Part shown: one piece after another, positions 13,075-20,687 of the stretch | Numbering within the stretch: position 1 is the first letter of the stretch | Layout: each line of letters starts with the position of its first letter | Assembly (NCBI GenBank): GCA_964587695.1 | Contig: CAZPLP010000002.1 | Span: forward strand, 1 to 34,313 | Reading direction: 5' to 3' | Source of the DNA: an uncultured Candidatus Saccharibacteria bacterium | GTDB taxonomy: Bacteria; Patescibacteriota; Minisyncoccia; Phycocordibacterales; GWA1-40-21 | Length of the DNA stretch: 34,313 nt | Made by a program: the position numbers and the translations under genes | Notes under the pieces: generated by a model | Seen by the model: the letters and a program-made list of their open reading frames with translations, nothing else | Told to the model about the DNA's origin: nothing | The model's database searches: none

Positions 13075-14862
13075 ATGGAAAACGAAAAACTACACAGAAT
13101 GAGACATTCACTCGCACACCTTCTCGGTGCAGCGGTACAAGAAATATTTCCGGATGTGAAAATCGCCACAGGACCAGCAATTGAAAATGGTTTTTATTAT
13201 GACTTCGATTTCTCCGCTCCTATCACAGATAAAGATTTAGGAAAAATTGAACAGAAAATGCGCGAACTTACAAAGAAAGTAAAATCTTTTGACAAAGCAG
13301 AAATTTCAAAGAAAGATGCAGAAAAACTTTTTGAAGGTAATCCTTACAAACTTGAGCTTATTGAAGATTATTCAAATGGAAGTCACCCCAGTGAAGTAGG
13401 AAACCCAAAACTTCACGGGGCAAGAACTCTCACAACCTATACTTCAGGAGATTTTACAGACCTTTGTGCTGGACCTCACGTTGAATTAATGGATGAAATA
13501 AAAAATTCAGCATGGAAACTTGAAAGAATCGCTGGAGCATATTGGAAAGGTGATGCTAAAAACAAAATGCTTACAAGAATTTATGGTTTAGCATTTGAAA
13601 CAAAAGAAGAACTTGATGCATTTGAAAAAATGCAGGAGGAAGCTAGAAAAAGAGACCATAGAAAACTCGGAAAAGAATTAAAACTTTTTACTATTTCAGA
13701 TTTTATTGGTTCTGGGCTTCCACTATTCCAACCAAATGGAATGATAATCAGAAAAGAAATCGAAGATTATCTTTGGACTCTACACTCAGGTAAAGGTTAT
13801 GACAGAGTTTGGACTCCTCACCTAGCTAAAGCAGAACTATACGAAACATCAGGACACGGTGCACACTATATGGAAAATATGTTTAAAGTTCATGGAGGAA
13901 CAAGTAAGGAAGACTTCTTCTTGAAACCGATGAACTGTCCTCACCACATGCAAATATTCTCTGACAACCAATTTTCTTATAGAAATATGCCTGTCAGATA
14001 TTTTGAACCAGCAACAGTTTATAGAGATGAAAAAACAGGACAACTTGGAGGTTTAACTCGTGTTCGTTCTATCACACAAGATGATGGGCACTTATTCTGT
14101 AGAGTATCTCAATTACACCAAGAGGTTAAAACTATTGTAAATATAATAAAAGAATTTTATACAACAATGAAAATGATTGATGGATACAAAGTTCGTCTAT
14201 CACTTCGTGATGAAAAAAATAAAGCAAACTTTCTAGGTAGTGACGAGGTTTGGGCAGAAGCAGAAAGTGCACTTAAAAAAGTTTGTGATGATGAAAAACT
14301 TCCATACTTTGAAGGTAAAGGAGAAGCTGCGTTTTACGGACCAAAATTAGACTTTATGTTTAATGATGCAATAGGAAGAGAATGGCAACTTGCTACAATT
14401 CAATGTGACTTCAATCTTCCAGAAAGATTTGATTTATCTTTTACAAATGAAAAAGGAGAAAAAGAAAGACCAGTTGTTATTCATCGTGCTATATCAGGTT
14501 CACTTGAAAGATTCATGGGTGTGATGATTGAACACTATTCTGGTGCATTCCCTGTTTGGCTCGCTCCAGTTCAGATAAAAATAGTTCCTATCCGAGAAAA
14601 TCACAATGAACATGCTCAAATTATTGAAAAAAAATTGAAGGCTTTAGATTTCAGAGTCGATTGTGATACAAAGGAAGGAAATATGGGAGGAAAAGTCCGT
14701 GATGCAAAAAATATGAAAATTCCTTATACTATAATCATTGGTGACAAAGATATAGAAGCTAAAAAGATTTCCGTAGAATCTCGCGACAAAGGCCAATTAG
14801 GACAAATGGATTTGAAAGATTTTATTGAGAAGATTGAGAAGGAAAGAAAAAATCGGGAATAA
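13075..14862 (+). CDS. thrS: Threonyl-tRNA synthetase lacking the N-terminal TGS domain
   Basis: It starts at the editing-domain motif HSLAHLLG. The class II core (YRDEKTGQLGGLTRVRSITQDDGHLF) and a C-terminal anticodon-binding domain are present. Confidence 0.95.
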   Translation: MENEKLHRMRHSLAHLLGAAVQEIFPDVKIATGPAIENGFYYDFDFSAPITDKDLGKIEQKMRELTKKVKSFDKAEISKKDAEKLFEGNPYKLELIEDYSNGSHPSEVGNPKLHGARTLTTYTSGDFTDLCAGPHVELMDEIKNSAWKLERIAGAYWKGDAKNKMLTRIYGLAFETKEELDAFEKMQEEARKRDHRKLGKELKLFTISDFIGSGLPLFQPNGMIIRKEIEDYLWTLHSGKGYDRVWTPHLAKAELYETSGHGAHYMENMFKVHGGTSKEDFFLKPMNCPHHMQIFSDNQFSYRNMPVRYFEPATVYRDEKTGQLGGLTRVRSITQDDGHLFCRVSQLHQEVKTIVNIIKEFYTTMKMIDGYKVRLSLRDEKNKANFLGSDEVWAEAESALKKVCDDEKLPYFEGKGEAAFYGPKLDFMFNDAIGREWQLATIQCDFNLPERFDLSFTNEKGEKERPVVIHRAISGSLERFMGVMIEHYSGAFPVWLAPVQIKIVPIRENHNEHAQIIEKKLKALDFRVDCDTKEGNMGGKVRDAKNMKIPYTIIIGDKDIEAKKISVESRDKGQLGQMDLKDFIEKIEKERKNRE

Positions 14863-14870
14863 GATAATAA

Positions 14871-14897
14871 AAAAACCGCAGTTAGGCGGTTTTTTTA
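14871..14897. terminator. Bidirectional terminator between thrS and ORF 14901..16028
   Basis: aaaaaccgc-agttag-gcggttttttt. Confidence 0.6.
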
Positions 14898-14900
14898 TTT

Positions 14901-16028
14901 TTAAATAAATTTTTCTATATCCATTTCTCCTACTGCAGTCCAATCTTCTTTTGACATCTTTTTTATTAATTCCAATGAGTTAATTTTCTCTGTTTTTACA
15001 AGCTTAAATATACGAATAACGGCGTCAGAAGAAAGAAGTACTTTACATGAGCGTGCATAATCCTCTATTTGTTTAATATTCCTATCATCTATTGAAATGT
15101 TCAACTTTTCAGTATTATTTTTTAATTTGGTTTCAGCTTGAACATAAACCCCTTCTATTGTTTTTCTTTTCAAAAATATAAAGGATAAAAATGCACTCCA
15201 AAGTATCAGCGCTGATATAAATAATATTATCCTAGCAACATCATCAAACCCAGTGTAAGGAACATCGCTCAAATAAACCGCTACAAGTTTTGTATTCGAA
15301 TCATTATAAGAAAGCACTTGATTTTCATAAGTTGAATTGACGATAGCTGTACCAGGATTTATGTAAATCGAACACTGTTTTGTTAATGACTGACCATTTG
15401 ATGTAATAGTCATGTTCATAAATTTCCAACCAGCTGATGTGTAATATTTAGAAAGAAATTGTCCGGTAGAATTTGATTCACTATCATTCCAATAGTATTG
15501 ATAAACTCCATTTCCGCCAGACGCTGTTGCCGCCCAGTTAATTGAGCTACCTACGCGTGCGTTTACAACATTTGCAGAACAAGAACCATTTATCGGTGAA
15601 TAATAATTATTGTAAGGATAATAATTATTATTATAATAATAATTTTGTAATGGATAAATATTTGTACTTCCACAGTTTATAGTTATCGATTGGGTTCCGG
15701 ATGTAACAGTAACTGCTGCTGTTTTTGTCCCAGAAGTATAGTATATTTTATTTATTAAATTACTTATTGACGTCCCAGCTGTTATTCCTTGTGTAAAACT
15801 ATAAAGTCCATCTGTCCCAGACCATAAGTAAGTGTAAATTCCATTTCCACCATATCCATATGCAGACCACCCAACATTTGCATTTACTTGAGCTGAATAA
15901 GTATTTGGCTGACATGAAGCTTGCAAGGTAGGAAAAGTTTGTGCTTGAACTTTATTTGATAGTATAAAGCTGCAGGTCAAAACTACCAAAATAATCAAAT
16001 ATTTATTAATTTGTCCGATATTTTTCAT
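14901..16028 (-). CDS. Secreted surface protein with two Cys-bounded GGNG repeat domains, an internal VPYTG sorting-like signal, a TM segment and a cytoplasmic tail
   Basis: N-terminal signal peptide (LIILVVLTCSFILSNKVQA). Two ~80-aa repeats (C...W...GGNG.Y.Y.W...YYTSG...C). An N/Y-rich linker. LSDVPYTG (15249..15263), a hydrophobic stretch and KRK, followed by ~85 more residues. Confidence 0.7.
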   Translation of the reverse strand: MKNIGQINKYLIILVVLTCSFILSNKVQAQTFPTLQASCQPNTYSAQVNANVGWSAYGYGGNGIYTYLWSGTDGLYSFTQGITAGTSISNLINKIYYTSGTKTAAVTVTSGTQSITINCGSTNIYPLQNYYYNNNYYPYNNYYSPINGSCSANVVNARVGSSINWAATASGGNGVYQYYWNDSESNSTGQFLSKYYTSAGWKFMNMTITSNGQSLTKQCSIYINPGTAIVNSTYENQVLSYNDSNTKLVAVYLSDVPYTGFDDVARIILFISALILWSAFLSFIFLKRKTIEGVYVQAETKLKNNTEKLNISIDDRNIKQIEDYARSCKVLLSSDAVIRIFKLVKTEKINSLELIKKMSKEDWTAVGEMDIEKFI

Positions 16029-16083
16029 ACTTATATACTACAGTAATTTTGTAAAAAGTCAATATTACTTAAGAATAAATATT

Positions 16084-16722
16084 TCAATTACCTACCAATA
16101 ACTTTTTAGAGACAAATTCTGCTGTAACAACAAATCTATCGGTTTTAGCGGCAAAATTATCACAAGTTGAAATAGTAAGCATCCTGCTTTTAGTATTGAA
16201 CTCCACTAATACTTTTTCTGCACTTTTCATTGTGACGGTTAAAACTTTATAAACGTATTCATTTCTATCTGAAAATACATGTATCAAATCATCTTTCTTT
16301 AAATTATTCAAACCATTAAAAGTTTTATACGCTTGATTATTTACGATCGAAAGTCGTGTATTATGACCGAAAAGAAACATATTCCCATCACCTCCAAGTA
16401 AACCCGATCCTGGGTATCTTACAGCTCCTTTCGCAAGATAACTATCAAGTACAGGTATACTGGTTGTTGCAGGATTATATATCTGTGCATTTACACTAAT
16501 CGCTGGTATTTGAATACTGAGTGGTAATTCTCCGACTCTGCTTCCCTTAGATTCTAAAGTGTTATCTCTTCCAATAATAGACTTAAATTCATTGGGAACT
16601 AAGCCGAAAAGATATAAGATGGAAAATGTAATAGTTAAAATAATAAATACATTAATAAAAAAATATCTTTTATTTGTTAGAATTAAATTTATAATTCCTT
16701 GCTTTTTTTCTTGTTTATCCAT
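16084..16722 (-). CDS. Sortase family transpeptidase
   Basis: N-terminal TM anchor, catalytic His (LFGHN), the TLxTC-type motif LTISTCD, and a downstream Arg (DRFVV). Confidence 0.85.
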   Translation of the reverse strand: MDKQEKKQGIINLILTNKRYFFINVFIILTITFSILYLFGLVPNEFKSIIGRDNTLESKGSRVGELPLSIQIPAISVNAQIYNPATTSIPVLDSYLAKGAVRYPGSGLLGGDGNMFLFGHNTRLSIVNNQAYKTFNGLNNLKKDDLIHVFSDRNEYVYKVLTVTMKSAEKVLVEFNTKSRMLTISTCDNFAAKTDRFVVTAEFVSKKLLVGN

Positions 16723-16763
16723 AAGGTATATTTTAGCTTATTTAAGAGTTTAATTGTACTGGC

Positions 16764-16792
16764 TTGACATTAAAAGTCAAGTGGTGTATAAT
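16764..16792 (+). promoter_or_regulatory. Consensus sigma70 promoter for ORF 16886..17896
   Basis: TTGACA (16764..16769), a 17-nt spacer, then TATAAT (16787..16792). The palindrome cttgac-attaaaa-gtcaag overlaps the -35. Confidence 0.6.
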
Positions 16793-16885
16793 ACTTTTTA
16801 TTGATTTAATAGGTTATTTTGCATAGCTTATCAATAAGTTGTTGATTACAAACAATAATTTCAACTTAATCAAAATAAAAAATTT

Positions 16886-17896
16886 ATGAACAAAGAAATA
16901 ATAAAAGTTAAAACATTGTGGGAAAAAGTCAAAGAATCATTTGGCACCGCTTTGATGTCAGCCGGGATTGTCCTTGGTGTATTGTTACTTCTTTGGATCC
17001 CCTTTAAAGTAATCCCTGCAATATTTGGTCAAGGTTCAAATTTTGTTTCAACAACATTATCTTCATTATTTATCCCTGGAGATTCAAACCAAATTACAGA
17101 AACAGCAACCGGGACCAACAACGTACAAAATACTTCAGAAGTAAAAACTTTATCTTCTAATGCAAATATCCAAATTCAAAATACTTATTATGGTAAATCA
17201 GATTTGCAAGTTACACTTATCGGAACAGGAATTATAGACCCAGCTTCTAAACAATTTATGTTAACAAATTATGCTGGATACAATGATGAAATTGGAATAA
17301 AATTTGAAGTTAAAAATATTGGAACAAATGTATCTGGTGCATGGAAACTCAGGATTAATGCACCGTCAAGAACAACTCCTTACTATGATTCACCCTTACA
17401 AACTTCAATAAAACCTGGTGATAGAATTGTTTATACTTCAAGCTTTAATAGCCCGATGACTTCAGGTATTAATACTGCATATATTACAGCTGACCCTCTA
17501 AATACCGTTGACGAAATTTCAAAAAATAATAATCAAATTATTGTTCCTATAAAAATAGAAGGTACTTCATATAGTTATAACAACAATTACAATTATGGAA
17601 GTAATGTTTCAGTACCCAGCGTTCCTTACGGAACTATATATACTTGGACAAATATAAATGTCAGCTGTTACGCTAATCCACAAACATCTTATATTGGTAG
17701 TCCTGTTACATGGTCTGTGTCTGCTTCTGGTGGAAATGGGTACTTCTCATATTCATGGACTGGATCTGACGCATTGTATTCAACAGATAATTCAACAAGC
17801 AAAACATATTATACTTCTGGAACAAAAACAGCTTCAGTGACAGTGACTTCAAACGGTGTATCAGTTACAAAACAATGTAGCGCATATATATATTAA
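16886..17896 (+). CDS. Membrane-anchored surface protein with a CARDB-like domain and one C-terminal GGNG repeat domain
   Basis: N-terminal TM segment. A CARDB-like block (DLQVTL...FEVKNIGTNVSGAWKL...PGDRIVY...ADPLNTVDEISKNNN). The C-terminal CYANP...WSVSASGGNGYFSYSWTGSD...YYTSGTKTASVTVTS...C is paralogous to the repeats in 14901..16028. Confidence 0.7.
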   Translation: MNKEIIKVKTLWEKVKESFGTALMSAGIVLGVLLLLWIPFKVIPAIFGQGSNFVSTTLSSLFIPGDSNQITETATGTNNVQNTSEVKTLSSNANIQIQNTYYGKSDLQVTLIGTGIIDPASKQFMLTNYAGYNDEIGIKFEVKNIGTNVSGAWKLRINAPSRTTPYYDSPLQTSIKPGDRIVYTSSFNSPMTSGINTAYITADPLNTVDEISKNNNQIIVPIKIEGTSYSYNNNYNYGSNVSVPSVPYGTIYTWTNINVSCYANPQTSYIGSPVTWSVSASGGNGYFSYSWTGSDALYSTDNSTSKTYYTSGTKTASVTVTSNGVSVTKQCSAYIY

Positions 17897-17903
17897 ATTG
17901 AAT

Positions 17904-17935
17904 AAAAGAGCGGCGCCTTATGGCGCCGCTCTTTT
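17904..17935. terminator. Bidirectional terminator between ORF 16886..17896 and gyrB
   Basis: aaaagagcggcgcc-ttat-ggcgccgctctttt, with a 10-bp GC-rich stem and flanking A/T runs. Confidence 0.7.
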
Positions 17936-17945
17936 ATTTATAAAT

Positions 17946-20015
17946 TTATATATCTATATTAGCTAATTTAGCATTAGACTGAATAAAAGCTTTTCTTGAT
18001 GGAACATCTGTTCCCATAAGCATATCAAATATTTTGTCTGCCTCTTGAGCATCATCAATAGATACTCGTTTCATCATCCTTCTTGATGGATCCATAGTTG
18101 TTTCCCAAAGCTCATCAGCATTCATTTCTCCTAAACCTTTATATCTTTGAACAGAAACTTTTGGCGCTTTTTTATTTTCTATTTCAGTTCCCTCTTCAAC
18201 AATTTCTTCTGACGTTTCTTCTTCAGATACTTCACTGTCTGAGATTTTTGATTTTTTAAAGAAAATTGCTTTTTCTTCTTCGGAATAAAAATAATGAATT
18301 TCCTTTCCTAATTTTACTTTATAAAGTGGTGGCTGAGCAATACAAATATGTCCTCCAGAAATCAAAGGTTTAAAATATCTATAAAATAAAGTTAAGAGTA
18401 AGGTTCGAATATGCGCCCCATCAACGTCAGCATCAGTTGCAATAATAATTTTATGATATCTCAATTTTTCGATATCAAATGTATCTCCTATCGCTGCACC
18501 AAGCGCAACAACAAGATTTTTAATTTGTTCTGAATCAAGCATTTTATCAAGCCTAGCTCTCTCAACATTTAATATTTTTCCTCTTAAAGGAAGAATGGCT
18601 TGTATTTTTCTATCTCGTCCCATCTTTGCTGTACCACCTGCAGAATCTCCCTCAACGATAATAAGTTCGGATTCTGATGCATCTTTGCTTTGACAATCTG
18701 CAAGTTTTCCTGGGAGGGTCATACCCTCTAGTGCACCTTTTCGAAGTATAGAATCTTTAGCTGCTTTAGCGGCTTTTCTAGCTTTAAGAGCCAGTATAAC
18801 CTTAGATATTATAGATCTGGCATCATCTGGATTTTCCTCCAGATATGCCCCAAAAGCCTCTCCAAACACCTCTTCTACAGCTCCCCTTGCTTCCACAGAA
18901 CCTAGCTTTGCTTTAGTCTGACCTTCAAATTGTATTTCACGAATCTTTACAGAAATAACTGCAGTCAAACCTTCAAGCACATCATCCCCGGTAAAATTAT
19001 CCTCACTCTCTTTTGTTAAATTATTTTTTCTAGCATAATTATTTAAAGATCTAGTTAGAGAAGTTTTGAAACCAGTAAGGTGTGTTCCTCCTTCTGGTGT
19101 TTCAATATCATTAGCAAAAGACATGATTCTAGCAGAAATGTCATCTGCATATTGTAAAGAAATTTCTACTGACTCGACAGTCGTTGTTTTTTTCTCAACA
19201 TAAAAAACATTTCTATGAATTGGTTTTTGGAACTGGTTATAAAACTTTACAAGAGACAACAGTCCCCCTTCAAAACAAAATGATTGAGATGGTGCCTCCA
19301 CTCCAAGTTCTGAAAAATAAAATATTTCTTTATCGGGAAACTTTTCTGTAACTTCTCTTGCGTCTATAGCAGAAATTTTCAAACCTTTTACAAGGTATGC
19401 CTGCTGTCTCATATGGGAAATAATTCTATTAAAATCAAAAACAATTCCCTCTTTAAAAATATCTGGATCTGGTTCAAAATTTACTACTGTTCCATGATTA
19501 TCTGTTTTACCAATTTTTTTAACGGCGGCTTTTACTTTTCCTTTTGAATATTCTTGCATGTAAGCATTTCCATCTTTATGAACAATAACTTTCATATAAA
19601 TAGAAAGTGCATTTACAACTGAAGCTCCTACTCCATGAAGTCCTCCAGAAACTTTGTATCCCGTATCTTCTCCACCAAATTTTCCTCCAGCATGTAAGAC
19701 CGTCATAATAGTTTCAAGTGCGGAAACTTTTGTTTGCTTGTGAATATCTATAGGAATACCCCTTCCATTATCTGTAATTCTAACTCTATTCCCTGGCAGT
19801 AAAACAACTTCAATATTATTAGCAAAACCGCCCATCGCTTCGTCACGTGAGTTATCAAAAATCTCTGTAATTAAGTGGTGTAAACCATCTGGCCCAGTTG
19901 TACCAATATACATACCAGGACGCTTCCTGACAGGCTCCAAGCCCTCTAGAACCTGAATCGAACTGGCGTCATATTTAGCTTCTTTTTTGATTTCCTTATC
20001 TGGTTTTTTACTCAT
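17946..20015 (-). CDS. gyrB: DNA gyrase subunit B
   Basis: GHKL ATPase motifs (HHLITEIFDNSRDEA, GGLHGVGASVVNALS), Toprim EGDSAGG and the C-terminal QRYKGLGEM. Confidence 0.95.
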   Translation of the reverse strand: MSKKPDKEIKKEAKYDASSIQVLEGLEPVRKRPGMYIGTTGPDGLHHLITEIFDNSRDEAMGGFANNIEVVLLPGNRVRITDNGRGIPIDIHKQTKVSALETIMTVLHAGGKFGGEDTGYKVSGGLHGVGASVVNALSIYMKVIVHKDGNAYMQEYSKGKVKAAVKKIGKTDNHGTVVNFEPDPDIFKEGIVFDFNRIISHMRQQAYLVKGLKISAIDAREVTEKFPDKEIFYFSELGVEAPSQSFCFEGGLLSLVKFYNQFQKPIHRNVFYVEKKTTTVESVEISLQYADDISARIMSFANDIETPEGGTHLTGFKTSLTRSLNNYARKNNLTKESEDNFTGDDVLEGLTAVISVKIREIQFEGQTKAKLGSVEARGAVEEVFGEAFGAYLEENPDDARSIISKVILALKARKAAKAAKDSILRKGALEGMTLPGKLADCQSKDASESELIIVEGDSAGGTAKMGRDRKIQAILPLRGKILNVERARLDKMLDSEQIKNLVVALGAAIGDTFDIEKLRYHKIIIATDADVDGAHIRTLLLTLFYRYFKPLISGGHICIAQPPLYKVKLGKEIHYFYSEEEKAIFFKKSKISDSEVSEEETSEEIVEEGTEIENKKAPKVSVQRYKGLGEMNADELWETTMDPSRRMMKRVSIDDAQEADKIFDMLMGTDVPSRKAFIQSNAKLANIDI

Positions 20016-20113
20016 ATTTTAAAGATTTTATAGACTACCTAAGCAAGGCAGGTTTTTAATTTTTACCCTATAATTATACCAAATTTAGCACACAAAAGAA
20101 AGCCAAAATTGAA

Positions 20114-20686
20114 CTATTTGTTCACAAAAATAGCTAGTTTCTTCCATCCATTTTTAAATTTGTCTAATCCAACAAAAAGGCTTTGTCCTCCTTGTTCATC
20201 TATCATTTCTGGGTCATGATAATAAAATCCTATTAATTTATCATCTGTGTCTTTTTCATAACCAATAATAACCACAGCATGGTGCCGGTCTTTTTCACTA
20301 AAATATTTATAAATTGAGACTATAGTGGGAATATTTTGGTCCAACTCTTCTACTATTTTTTGTATTCCTCTATCTAGAAATATACCAGTAAGAATGCCTA
20401 CGTTCATTTCCCCGTTTTTTAAATTAACATCAATTGTTTTAAATTCTTGTGAATAGGAAAATATTCCGTGATTTCTAAACAACCTTATTATTTCATTGTG
20501 TGTCCAAAATTTTCCATCCCAAGCACCAACACTGACACCTTCTTTTATCCAATCATCAGCAAGAATAGCTTTTACACCCAAAAATTCTGAAACCATTTTA
20601 ATACACATTACCAGACAAGAATGTGCTTGCCATTCTGGATCTATGACATCTGTGCGTTGCGAATAATATTTTAGATTTAATTTCAT
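20114..20686 (-). CDS. Peptidase C39-like (papain-fold) cysteine peptidase family protein
   Basis: YYSQRTD...W.AHSCLVMCIKMV (candidate catalytic Cys) and DRHHAVVIIGYEKD (candidate His). The ATG at 20686 lies 1 nt after the pheT TAG. The track start at 20716 would overlap pheT. Confidence 0.6.
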   Translation of the reverse strand: MKLNLKYYSQRTDVIDPEWQAHSCLVMCIKMVSEFLGVKAILADDWIKEGVSVGAWDGKFWTHNEIIRLFRNHGIFSYSQEFKTIDVNLKNGEMNVGILTGIFLDRGIQKIVEELDQNIPTIVSIYKYFSEKDRHHAVVIIGYEKDTDDKLIGFYYHDPEMIDEQGGQSLFVGLDKFKNGWKKLAIFVNK

Positions 20687-20687
20687 A

